Below, piece by piece: positions 8,496 to 16,829 of a stretch of DNA of 35,947 bases (within the stretch, counting starts at the first letter, position 1; each line of letters opens with the position of its first letter). The position numbers and the translations under genes were made by a program. The notes under the pieces are model-generated. The model did no database searches and was not told the DNA's origin. It saw only the letters and a list, made by a program, of their open reading frames with translations. The stretch covers positions 1 through 35,947 of the forward strand of contig JASMAJ010000001.1 of the NCBI GenBank assembly GCA_030754395.1. Reading direction: 5' to 3'. The DNA is from Candidatus Thalassarchaeaceae archaeon. GTDB lineage: Archaea; Thermoplasmatota; Poseidoniia; Poseidoniales; Thalassarchaeaceae.

Positions 8496-8569
8496 ATATA
8501 GAGAAGGGGGTCAATCAGTTCTTCATATACCGAGAGGAAGTCAGATTAGGTGTAGGAAAGGCGAGATAG

Positions 8570-9577
8570 ATGGCCAAAAAGACAGCGAGTGAGAAAATGG
8601 AAGAAGACGACGGTTCGATAATGATTGATGTTGATGAACAACAAGCAACCATAGAGGACTTACCAGGTGTGGGACCTGCGACCGCAGAAAAATTACGAGA
8701 AGCAGGATTCGACGAATTACTTGCAATTGCAGTAATGAGCCCTACTGAATTAGGTGAACAAGCTGAACTTGGTGAGGCAGTATCCTCAAAGATAATTCAA
8801 GGAGCAAAGAAATTGGCAAACATTGGTGGATTCGTTTCTGGAAACACTCTACTTGAACGCCGAAGTGAGGTACAGAAACTCACTTCAGGTTCTGCAGCTC
8901 TTGACGAATTATTAGGTGGCGGATTCGAAACCCAAGCAATTGTCGAGGTTTATGGTGAATTTGGTAGTGGAAAAACTCAGATCGGCCATCAGTTAGCTGT
9001 AAACACATTACTCCCTCTTGAGCAGGGTGGATTTGATGGAGAGGTCTTCTACATAGATACAGAAGACACATTCCGTCCTGAAAGAATAGCACAAATGGCT
9101 GAAGGAGTTGGTCTAGATCCGATCCTGGTTCTTGACAGAATTCATGTTGCTCGTGCTTACAACTCTGCACACCAAATGCTACTAGTTGATGAGATTAAGA
9201 GGGCATCGAAAAATATTGATGTTAAATTGATAATTGTAGATTCGCTCACCAGTCATTTCCGTGCAGAGTATGTTGGAAGAGGTCAGTTAGCACCCCGTCA
9301 ACAAAAACTCAATCGTCACTTGAAGGAACTAAAGCAACTATCAGATGTTCATAATGCACTAGTTCTTGTTACAAATCAAGTGATGTCCAGACCCGATGCG
9401 TTGTGGGGGGATCCAACCAAGGCCATTGGAGGACATATTGTTGGTCATGCAAGTACATTCCGCCTCTATTTGAGGAAGTCAAAGGGAGGGCGAAGAATTG
9501 CTCGTCTAGTTGACAGCCCTAACCTTCCAGAAGGAGAGGCCGTGTTTACCGTGACTGCCGAGGGCCTCAAAGATTGA
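8570..9577 (+). CDS. radA: DNA repair and recombination protein RadA
   Basis: N-terminal HhH ([20 protein letters not shown]), Walker [23 protein letters not shown], Walker [17 protein letters not shown] and [16 protein letters not shown]. No intein. Confidence 0.98.
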   Translation: MAKKTASEKMEEDDGSIMIDVDEQQATIEDLPGVGPATAEKLREAGFDELLAIAVMSPTELGEQAELGEAVSSKIIQGAKKLANIGGFVSGNTLLERRSEVQKLTSGSAALDELLGGGFETQAIVEVYGEFGSGKTQIGHQLAVNTLLPLEQGGFDGEVFYIDTEDTFRPERIAQMAEGVGLDPILVLDRIHVARAYNSAHQMLLVDEIKRASKNIDVKLIIVDSLTSHFRAEYVGRGQLAPRQQKLNRHLKELKQLSDVHNALVLVTNQVMSRPDALWGDPTKAIGGHIVGHASTFRLYLRKSKGGRRIARLVDSPNLPEGEAVFTVTAEGLKD

Positions 9578-9588
9578 TTTGAGGCCCT
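9561..9588 (+). terminator. Perfect 11-bp hairpin enclosing the radA stop codon
   Basis: AGGGCCTCAAA-GATTGA-TTTGAGGCCCT; the TGA stop (9575-9577) lies in the loop. Confidence 0.5.
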
Positions 9589-9669
9589 TGGGGTCCGATT
9601 CGAGGTAACCTGGAAATATTATTTTTCCATATTTATCTCTAATATTCAGTTTAGATTATTGATTATTAT

Positions 9670-9897
9670 TCAAAATGACTCATCCCCCGGGCCTCCTGGA
9701 ATCTCCCGAGCTACCAAGAAGTAAAGTATAGAGCCAGTAATTACAGCAGCGAGTCCTTTCCACGCACCAAGTTCATCTGCAGGTGGAATGATTGTCGCTT
9801 CTTGCATCCAAGAAAGTACTGCAAACATAATTCCGAATGCAGATATAAATAGCCAAAAAGCAAGAATTCTCTCTCTATTTACTTGTTTTTTCATCAT
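9670..9897 (-). CDS. Small hypothetical membrane protein (2 TM helices)
   Basis: 75 aa with two hydrophobic segments, starting 6 nt after the oligoendopeptidase stop (probable operon). Confidence 0.75.
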   Translation of the reverse strand: MMKKQVNRERILAFWLFISAFGIMFAVLSWMQEATIIPPADELGAWKGLAAVITGSILYFLVAREIPGGPGDESF

Positions 9898-9903
9898 TTC
9901 GCC

Positions 9904-11586
9904 TCAAATTGGAATAGTCTCAAGGGTGGTTTCAATTTCTCCGATTAGGTTTCTAACGTGCTCTTCACTGAAGGATAGTGACAGGTCGCTGGCCTTGAAT
10001 AAATCAGCAAGTCCCATTGTGTATCCTAGAGAAAGTCCAGACTTGTATTTTGTCAGAGCGGTAGCCGCATCATTTCGGTGATATTGCCACATCTGAAGCG
10101 CACCTAGTTGGGCTATTCCATAGTCAACATAGTAAAATGGGACTCCGAAGAGGTGGCCTTGTCTTTGCCATGATAATTTTCTATAATTTTCTAAGCCACT
10201 ATGGTCTAATTTTGCTCCAAATCTTTCTCCAAGTTGCAGCCACTTCTGTTCTCTTTCTTCACGGGAATGATTTGGATTTGCATAAATCCAATGTTGGAAG
10301 GCGTCTATTGTTGCACACCAAGGCATGAATGCGATGATATCTTCTAGATGGTTTCTTCTTGCTCTATTTGCATCTTCTTTCGAATAGAACTCATCCCATT
10401 GAGGGTGGGTTAGAAGTTCCATAGACATACTCGCAACCTCTGCAAATTCAATCGGAGAGTTTCGCTCATGAATTAGATCCAGATGGCCGCTGTAGAACGA
10501 GTGAAATGCATGTCCGGCCTCGTGAATCATTGTCTCAACATTTCGTTGTGTTCCTGCGGCGTTCATGAAAATAAATGGCATCCTACTCTTCTGTAGGTAA
10601 TACTGGTAACCACCTGGGGCCTTTCCAGGACGGCTATCTAAGTCTAAGCAATCATTCGCATCTAATTTATCAAAAAGAGTTCCTAATTCTTCAGACATTG
10701 AGTGGAACATTCTAGAGCAGCCATCGACTAAATCTTGTACACCAATGAATGGTTTTAGAGGTGTTCTTCCTTTCACATCCACTCCCATATCCCAAGGACG
10801 GAGTGCCTCAAGTTGGAGTTCTTGCATTCGTTCTACATCAGTCTTATGACGTAGTGGTTGACATACCACTTCGATAGAATTATGGAATTCTAGGCAATCT
10901 TCGATTGTGTAATCAAATCGATGCATTGCAGCGAACATATATTGCTGAAACCCATCGAATCCCGCATTGGTAGCTATCTGATGTCTTATCTGAATCATTT
11001 CATCAAAGATTTCTGATAATTTCTCAGAATCTTCGAATCTTCTTTGTGCAACGGCACGCCAAGCCGCCTCTCTAACAGAGCGATCTGTGTTTTCAAGATA
11101 TATTGCCATCTGAGGAATTGTCTTTTTTTCTCCATCAAATTCAATAATTTGAGCCCCGCAAATTTCATCATATTTTGTATCAAGTTTTGTAACCCTTGTC
11201 TGAAGAGGAATATTTTCTTCACGGAAAATTTCAATGTCAGTTTTGAGCCCTTTGATTAGAATATCATAACGCTCTGGTAATTCATCAACAGATGGGTGTT
11301 GAACTATTCTTTTGTTTAGAATGTCGCTATATTCAGACAACTTTGGTTGCACATTCTCAACAAAGTTCATCCATGCTTTCTGAATTTCCTCATTATCAGT
11401 GTGACAAGTCATATTGATGTAAAGTCGGGCTCTAGCTTCTGAGATAATTTCTGAAAGAGCAGAACGATCATGAATAAACGTCTCCAAACAACTTGAGCAA
11501 GAAAGTTTCCTATCCCTTAGGTCATTCATATAAGGTTCAATTTCTATCCACGAACTACCGTCTAAGTCGTCTGGCATGAATCCCAT
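9904..11586 (-). CDS. M3 family oligoendopeptidase (PepF-like)
   Basis: Zinc motif HEAGHAFH, EFAEVASMSME, GKAPGGY, PFIFMN, IDAFQHWIY and HLFGVPFYYVDY. Confidence 0.93.
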   Translation of the reverse strand: MGFMPDDLDGSSWIEIEPYMNDLRDRKLSCSSCLETFIHDRSALSEIISEARARLYINMTCHTDNEEIQKAWMNFVENVQPKLSEYSDILNKRIVQHPSVDELPERYDILIKGLKTDIEIFREENIPLQTRVTKLDTKYDEICGAQIIEFDGEKKTIPQMAIYLENTDRSVREAAWRAVAQRRFEDSEKLSEIFDEMIQIRHQIATNAGFDGFQQYMFAAMHRFDYTIEDCLEFHNSIEVVCQPLRHKTDVERMQELQLEALRPWDMGVDVKGRTPLKPFIGVQDLVDGCSRMFHSMSEELGTLFDKLDANDCLDLDSRPGKAPGGYQYYLQKSRMPFIFMNAAGTQRNVETMIHEAGHAFHSFYSGHLDLIHERNSPIEFAEVASMSMELLTHPQWDEFYSKEDANRARRNHLEDIIAFMPWCATIDAFQHWIYANPNHSREEREQKWLQLGERFGAKLDHSGLENYRKLSWQRQGHLFGVPFYYVDYGIAQLGALQMWQYHRNDAATALTKYKSGLSLGYTMGLADLFKASDLSLSFSEEHVRNLIGEIETTLETIPI

Positions 11587-11646
11587 CAAATCCCCTGCTT
11601 CAGTTATTGGTAGAGTTACTCGTCTATCAGTTTGACCCCACAGGGG

Positions 11647-12222
11647 TCAACCATGCATATCAGCCATTGCGGCATGATTAAGGAAGGCATTCTCTATGTG
11701 CTCAAATGAAATTTCATCTCCATTATTCCTTACACCAATTCTAACTAATCCCTCATTACTCGGTCTTGGTCTTTGTACAACCAATGAAGCCTTCAGATGT
11801 AGTTGTAATCTTTCGAATTCTTTGGTATTATCATTGAAAATCTCTCTAGGAATCTCAATGTTTGCGAAACCATCTCCAATTTCTAGTTCAGGAATATGAA
11901 CAATCCAAGCTTTCTCATCCCCACTAGTCAATCCCGCTCGTTCAAATGCCGTTCTAATTTGATGAGTGCCCGATAAAATACGCAAGAATTCAGTATCTGG
12001 TGCTCTAGAAGTCATACTCTCTGAAATTTCTCTACGTCTTAGTGCATGCCAAACAGTCCACAAGTGAACTTCGCTCGCAGCGACATCAAAAGCCATCAGA
12101 AGCCAGCGTTCATTCGGTCTCCATTCATTGAATAGAGCAACTACCTTCATTGGGTCATCTATTGGCTCTCGAAACCTGATACCCCAGGCGGGGAACCACG
12201 GTACCCGATGTGATTTCTCCAC
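11647..12222 (-). CDS. cgi121: KEOPS complex subunit Cgi121
   Basis: EFLRILSGTHQIRTAFERAGL matches the Cgi121 E-x-L-x-x-x-S-G-x-x-Q-I motif. It lies directly downstream of hel308, an arrangement known in Euryarchaeota. Confidence 0.7.
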   Translation of the reverse strand: MEKSHRVPWFPAWGIRFREPIDDPMKVVALFNEWRPNERWLLMAFDVAASEVHLWTVWHALRRREISESMTSRAPDTEFLRILSGTHQIRTAFERAGLTSGDEKAWIVHIPELEIGDGFANIEIPREIFNDNTKEFERLQLHLKASLVVQRPRPSNEGLVRIGVRNNGDEISFEHIENAFLNHAAMADMHG

Positions 12223-12261
12223 GTCCGGCGAAGGCTTCTGACTGATGAATTATGCCGCTCA

Positions 12262-14814
12262 TTACCTTCTTCGAGAAATTCTAGTAGCTTCAGTAACAAT
12301 ATTGCCCACAAGTGTTGGACTCCAGCCACGAATATCTGCTAACTTAGAACGATCTTTTTCAGTTAGAGAAGCAACATCTAGAGCCGTTTCAACACCTAGT
12401 AGATTCACCATTTCTCTTGCTCTAGTTCTACCCACACCTCTAATTGTCACTAATCCTAGTAGTTCTGATCTACATCCATATCTTACGCGGCGATGTAGTT
12501 CACTAATCGCATCAACCAAATTTCGATGACCTTCTGGATCAAGATAACGCTGTTCTTCATCTTCCGAGAGAATTTCACGCATTGCAAACAGTAACCATTC
12601 TGCCAGATCAACTCTACTTCGCAAATCACCGGGTTGTACATTCCAGCGATTCTCAAGGTCATCCATCTTTGTCTCTTCAATCCATTCTTGGAGTACTAAT
12701 ACACCCTTCATCCTTCTTTCCTGGTCCGAGTCAACAGGTTCAGCAAGGAATTCTCTTTCATGATTGTGAATTGCAGAATTAATTAGGTCCCATTCTTCTT
12801 TCCGAGGCCACAATGCTATGAAATCAGGTGTACAGGCCGCTAGGTGAAGAAGACCTAGAGGAGAGATCTGATGAATGTCGTCGACTCCTCTCATTACATT
12901 CATAGCTACTTTCAATCCATCTTGGATTATTCTTCCTGAGATTGGATTGAGGTACAATCTTGCAACTCGCTGTCCGAGCGCAGTAGCCTCATAGGTCATC
13001 GCTGCTGAATCTGGTAGAGATTCCTCACGTTCAGTTTGCAGACTTGCCTTTCTAAATCCGAAGATAGCAGGCCCTTTACGAGGGGCGAGTGTTGTTGAGG
13101 AGATTTCTTTTTTCTCTGTGATCTCAAGTCCGGGTATTGAACTACTAGTTTTTGCCCAAGTAGGCATTTCATCTTGCCAATTCTCCTCCTCTCTCGGAGA
13201 TTTATTTTGCCGATTTTTTATTCGGTCTAGAACCTCCTTAGATTCCCCCATTCTAGTTATCATTTCATTTATTGTTAACCAACTGACTACGTCATCTATT
13301 CTAGATTCTAGCATATCACTCTCAATTTGTGTGGCGAGAAATGTTTCTCCAAAGAACCTACTCAGTGCATCTCTATCTCTAATTCCACTCGTAGCAATAA
13401 TTGACAATATATGAGTCAGAAGAGCGGGATCTTCTTCGGGTCTCAGAGCAGAAGGATTAGCAAGTTTAGAAGTGACTTCCTCGGCATCACTCAAAAGATA
13501 TCTATCTACTAGATTCAGTTCCTCATCGTTATCCTTTGCAATAATCCAAGCGTCGCCAGCATTGTCGTATTTTGGTCGTCCTGCTCTGCCCAACATTTGC
13601 CTTATTTCCATCACTGGAACGGGCATTGATCCTCCTGCCACACTACTCCATCTTCGATAATCTCTGACAATCACTCTCCGTGCGGGTAAGTTGACACCTT
13701 GTGCAAGAGTCGGTGTAGCAACAATAGCTAGCAATGTACCGTTTCTGAATGAATCTTCGATAGTTTTCCGCTGTGCATAAGTCAATCCGGCGTGATGGAA
13801 GGCAATACCTCCTTTTACTGAATTTGCCAATGCTCTTCCCATAGCCGACATGTTTTCTCTTTGAGTCAAGTTTTGGGCAATAGAATCCCATTCTTCTGCC
13901 ATTTTATTGCTATATCTCGAAGAATTTTGCTTGACTCCTTTGTCAACATGTTTAGCCAATTCTCGGGCTTCTTTTTGAGCCGATGCACGGGAGTTAACAA
14001 AGATTAGAATTTGCCCTCCGGAATCTACAGTATCATCAAGAACGGCCTGAAGTTTACGAGTTTTCTTACCTTCTATGGTTCTAGGTTCTGGCCACTCACT
14101 ATCTTCAGGTCCGTCAATACGGTGAACTTTGACATCTAAACCAGTTAGTGTGCCTGAGTGAAGTTGAATTGGTCGCCATTCGGATTCTATCAGTTTAGCA
14201 TCCAACCATTCTGCCATTTGAGCACCATTGCCTACAGTTGCCGATAGAGCAATAATCTGGGCTTCAGGCCTTGAATGTCTGATTCTCGACAGTAGAACCT
14301 CAAGAGTAGGCCCTCTGCCTATATCATGCAATAGATGGAATTCATCTGATACAACAACTCCAATTTTTTCCATCAAATTACTTCTTGTTCTCAATAAAGA
14401 ATCTAATTTTTCGCTCGTACAGACTAATATATCGGCCTCTTCAATTTTATCAGTCTCGCCTCCTCTATCACCTATTGCGATTCCAACAGTTAGCCCCACC
14501 AATCCGGCTAATTCGCGTAACTCCTCGACTTTTTCCGATGCTAGAGCCTTGAGTGGTACAATGTACAAACCTCTACATCCTTCAAGATCAGTAAGTAGCC
14601 TCTGAATCATGGTCAAATGAGCAACCAGTGATTTACCGCTAGCAGTAGGAATTGTTAGCATCAAATTTCTTCCAGATAGAGAATAGGGAAGAGCCTCTTG
14701 CTGGGGTGGAAACAACTCCTCTATATCCCATTCCGATTTTAAAAAATGAATCAACCGCGAATCTAATTCGATGTCTGCGAGAGACACCGGAGCAAGGTCT
14801 TCACCAGCGGCCAC
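12262..14814 (-). CDS. hel308: Ski2-like SF2 DNA helicase Hel308/Hjm
   Basis: Q-motif ELFPPQ, PTASGKS, VPLKALASEK, TSEKLDSL, DEFH, ALSAT, HHAGL, TPTLAQGVNLPA, QMLGRAGRP and C-terminal IRGVGRTRAR HhH. Confidence 0.93.
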   Translation of the reverse strand: MAAGEDLAPVSLADIELDSRLIHFLKSEWDIEELFPPQQEALPYSLSGRNLMLTIPTASGKSLVAHLTMIQRLLTDLEGCRGLYIVPLKALASEKVEELRELAGLVGLTVGIAIGDRGGETDKIEEADILVCTSEKLDSLLRTRSNLMEKIGVVVSDEFHLLHDIGRGPTLEVLLSRIRHSRPEAQIIALSATVGNGAQMAEWLDAKLIESEWRPIQLHSGTLTGLDVKVHRIDGPEDSEWPEPRTIEGKKTRKLQAVLDDTVDSGGQILIFVNSRASAQKEARELAKHVDKGVKQNSSRYSNKMAEEWDSIAQNLTQRENMSAMGRALANSVKGGIAFHHAGLTYAQRKTIEDSFRNGTLLAIVATPTLAQGVNLPARRVIVRDYRRWSSVAGGSMPVPVMEIRQMLGRAGRPKYDNAGDAWIIAKDNDEELNLVDRYLLSDAEEVTSKLANPSALRPEEDPALLTHILSIIATSGIRDRDALSRFFGETFLATQIESDMLESRIDDVVSWLTINEMITRMGESKEVLDRIKNRQNKSPREEENWQDEMPTWAKTSSSIPGLEITEKKEISSTTLAPRKGPAIFGFRKASLQTEREESLPDSAAMTYEATALGQRVARLYLNPISGRIIQDGLKVAMNVMRGVDDIHQISPLGLLHLAACTPDFIALWPRKEEWDLINSAIHNHEREFLAEPVDSDQERRMKGVLVLQEWIEETKMDDLENRWNVQPGDLRSRVDLAEWLLFAMREILSEDEEQRYLDPEGHRNLVDAISELHRRVRYGCRSELLGLVTIRGVGRTRAREMVNLLGVETALDVASLTEKDRSKLADIRGWSPTLVGNIVTEATRISRRR

Positions 14815-14901
14815 GACTAAACTCAGAATCCGCCGTTCTAAAGGATGTCTAGGGCTTAATGAGAAAACTAAAACTGATTAAATGGGGTTTGAGTATTGAA
14901 T

Positions 14902-15381
14902 TCAATTCCAGCGGTGAAATGCAGGATGACCTTCAGTAACTGCTACGAAAAGCCCATCACCAGTAGCACAAATCTTGTCTTCGGCCATCAATGTCATCTT
15001 GACAGTCGCTCTGTCTTCTTTGAGTTCTGTTACTTCTCCAGTGACAATTAGTTCCTGACCAAAGGGGGTAGGTCGACGGAGTTTGACATTGTAGTTCGCG
15101 GTTACGGTACAGGGTGGCTGCGAATCTCCAGCAGCATCCATGAGAGCAATTGCCGCTGTCCAATTTCCGTGACAATCCATTAGTGCACCAATTATTCCAC
15201 CATTGATCATTCCAGGAAATGCTTGATGTTCTAAGGTGGGTGTAAATCGCATTTTTAATCCACTTTCAGACCTTAGTGAACGAATTCTCAATCCATTCTT
15301 ATTAGCAGGTCCACAACCGAAACAGATACTGTTTGGTGCATATGTCTCTTGCACAGAAGGTGTCTCATCAGTACACATCAT
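14902..15381 (-). CDS. PaaI family hot-dog fold thioesterase
   Basis: CFGCGPAN, INGGIIGALMDCHGNW and VTANYNVKLRRPTP. Start likely ATG 15381 or 15378 (TTGAAT box at 15408) rather than the TTG at 15438. Confidence 0.85.
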   Translation of the reverse strand: MMCTDETPSVQETYAPNSICFGCGPANKNGLRIRSLRSESGLKMRFTPTLEHQAFPGMINGGIIGALMDCHGNWTAAIALMDAAGDSQPPCTVTANYNVKLRRPTPFGQELIVTGEVTELKEDRATVKMTLMAEDKICATGDGLFVAVTEGHPAFHRWN

Positions 15382-15563
15382 TGACTCCCCATGAGTATCC
15401 CCATTCAACAATTTCGACAGGTATTCTTTGCCTAACAATCATATTTCGCCCACTCTCCACAAGGTCATTGGCGGCATCTTCTGACGACCCTAGCCCTACT
15501 GATGGAGAGGGAGATAAGATTCCTGTATCTAGGGTGAAACGGCGTAGGCATCGTCCTCTTAAG

Positions 15564-16829
15564 GTGGCTAATCAAATCCCTCAACGCCGCCGTAAGGAGA
15601 TTGAAAAGGCTCTAGAGGAACCCGGTTCTACTCCAAAGAAATGGTCTAGGTCAAGTGATTGGAAATCTCATCGTATTGGTCGTAAACTTGTGAAACCAGG
15701 GACAATTCGTCAAATTGAATTTGATTTAATGGATATTGAAATTGGTGAATCGTGGCCAATTCCAATTACTGTAGTTCATGGAACTCGTCCTGGGCCGATA
15801 GTTACAATCATAGGTGCAATTCATGGAAATGAGCTTATTGGCCCTCTCGCTCTTACATATTTACAATCAGCAAATATCATGGGAGAGGGTATGGCAATAG
15901 ATCCATCTTCAGTAGCAGGAACAATCCGCATAATCCCTATTGTCAACATGCCTGGATACCGTCGATCTACACGATATATGAGTGATGGAAGAGATTTGAA
16001 TCGCTTTTTCCCTGGGAAGGAAAATAGTAACACTACTTCGAGAGTTGCTCACAGATTATGGAGTGAATTATTTTCTACAAGTGATCATATCATCGATTTG
16101 CATACCGCAGCACTCGGCCGAACAAATATGCCTCAGGTAAGAGCTAACCTTGCAAATCGACTAAGTAATCGTTCTGCACGTGCTTTTGGTATCGAATTGA
16201 TTCTAGACAGTGAAGGTCCGAAGGGCTCTTTACGTCGTATTTCTGATGAATCAGGAATAAGTTGCATAACTTATGAGGGAGGTGGTTCTGACGAATCAGA
16301 TCCTGAATCAATTCAAGTTGCATTATATGGGATTCTCAATGTTTTAAGGGGTCTAAAGATGATTCCTGGATATCCAAGCAGACCGCGATTTCGTCTTCTT
16401 GCTTCAGGTTCCGTATGGATACGTTCTGATTATGGAGGCTTACTCGATGTATTAGCTCCAGCCGGCTCTTTTGTTGAGGAGGGAGAGGTTGTAGCTACTG
16501 TTTCAGATCCGGAAAATCCAGGTCAGATGATGGATGTTAAGTCACCAACTCAAGGTCTAATGATTTGTTCTGCAACTCACCCATTCGTCACCACGGGCAC
16601 TCCTATTGGACATTTGATTCCAATCACTAAGGCTGTGAAAACCGTCCAACGACGGCTTGACGAGGAAGGGCTTCTAGTTCTTTCAGGAACAGATGGCGAA
16701 CCACCATGGAGAGAAGATGAAGAGATTGAAGACATCTCCGTTGAAGGGGTATGGGAAGGTGGATCTCCTGATGCTGAATGGGGAGATAACTTGCGAGCAG
16801 CAGCCGAAGAAGAAGCAGATGAAGCGTGA
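15564..16829 (+). CDS. Succinylglutamate desuccinylase/aspartoacylase family (M14-like) zinc hydrolase
   Basis: GAIHGNE, DLNRFFPG, IIDLHT, ITYEGG and a C-terminal biotinyl-lipoyl-like segment. The start is uncertain. GTG 15564 is preferred because the ORF-track start (15333) overlaps the divergent thioesterase. Confidence 0.85.
   Translation: MANQIPQRRRKEIEKALEEPGSTPKKWSRSSDWKSHRIGRKLVKPGTIRQIEFDLMDIEIGESWPIPITVVHGTRPGPIVTIIGAIHGNELIGPLALTYLQSANIMGEGMAIDPSSVAGTIRIIPIVNMPGYRRSTRYMSDGRDLNRFFPGKENSNTTSRVAHRLWSELFSTSDHIIDLHTAALGRTNMPQVRANLANRLSNRSARAFGIELILDSEGPKGSLRRISDESGISCITYEGGGSDESDPESIQVALYGILNVLRGLKMIPGYPSRPRFRLLASGSVWIRSDYGGLLDVLAPAGSFVEEGEVVATVSDPENPGQMMDVKSPTQGLMICSATHPFVTTGTPIGHLIPITKAVKTVQRRLDEEGLLVLSGTDGEPPWREDEEIEDISVEGVWEGGSPDAEWGDNLRAAAEEEADEA

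Noticed and set aside
15333..15563. N-terminal extensions given by the ORF track (AstE-like 15333, PaaI 15438, protease 20678, kynA 26939, HExxH 29725, lemA 32570)
   Set aside because: They overlap neighbouring genes or promoters and lack family-like sequence. Downstream starts fit signal peptides or the -29 promoter box better.
15470..15565. Hammerhead-ribozyme-like core: CTGACGA-CCCTAG...CTAGGG-T-GAAAC...GTC
   Set aside because: There is an extra nucleotide before GAAA, stem III is marginal, and the sequence after GTC cannot pair with the sequence before CTGACGA (no stem I). Most likely chance in a divergent promoter region.
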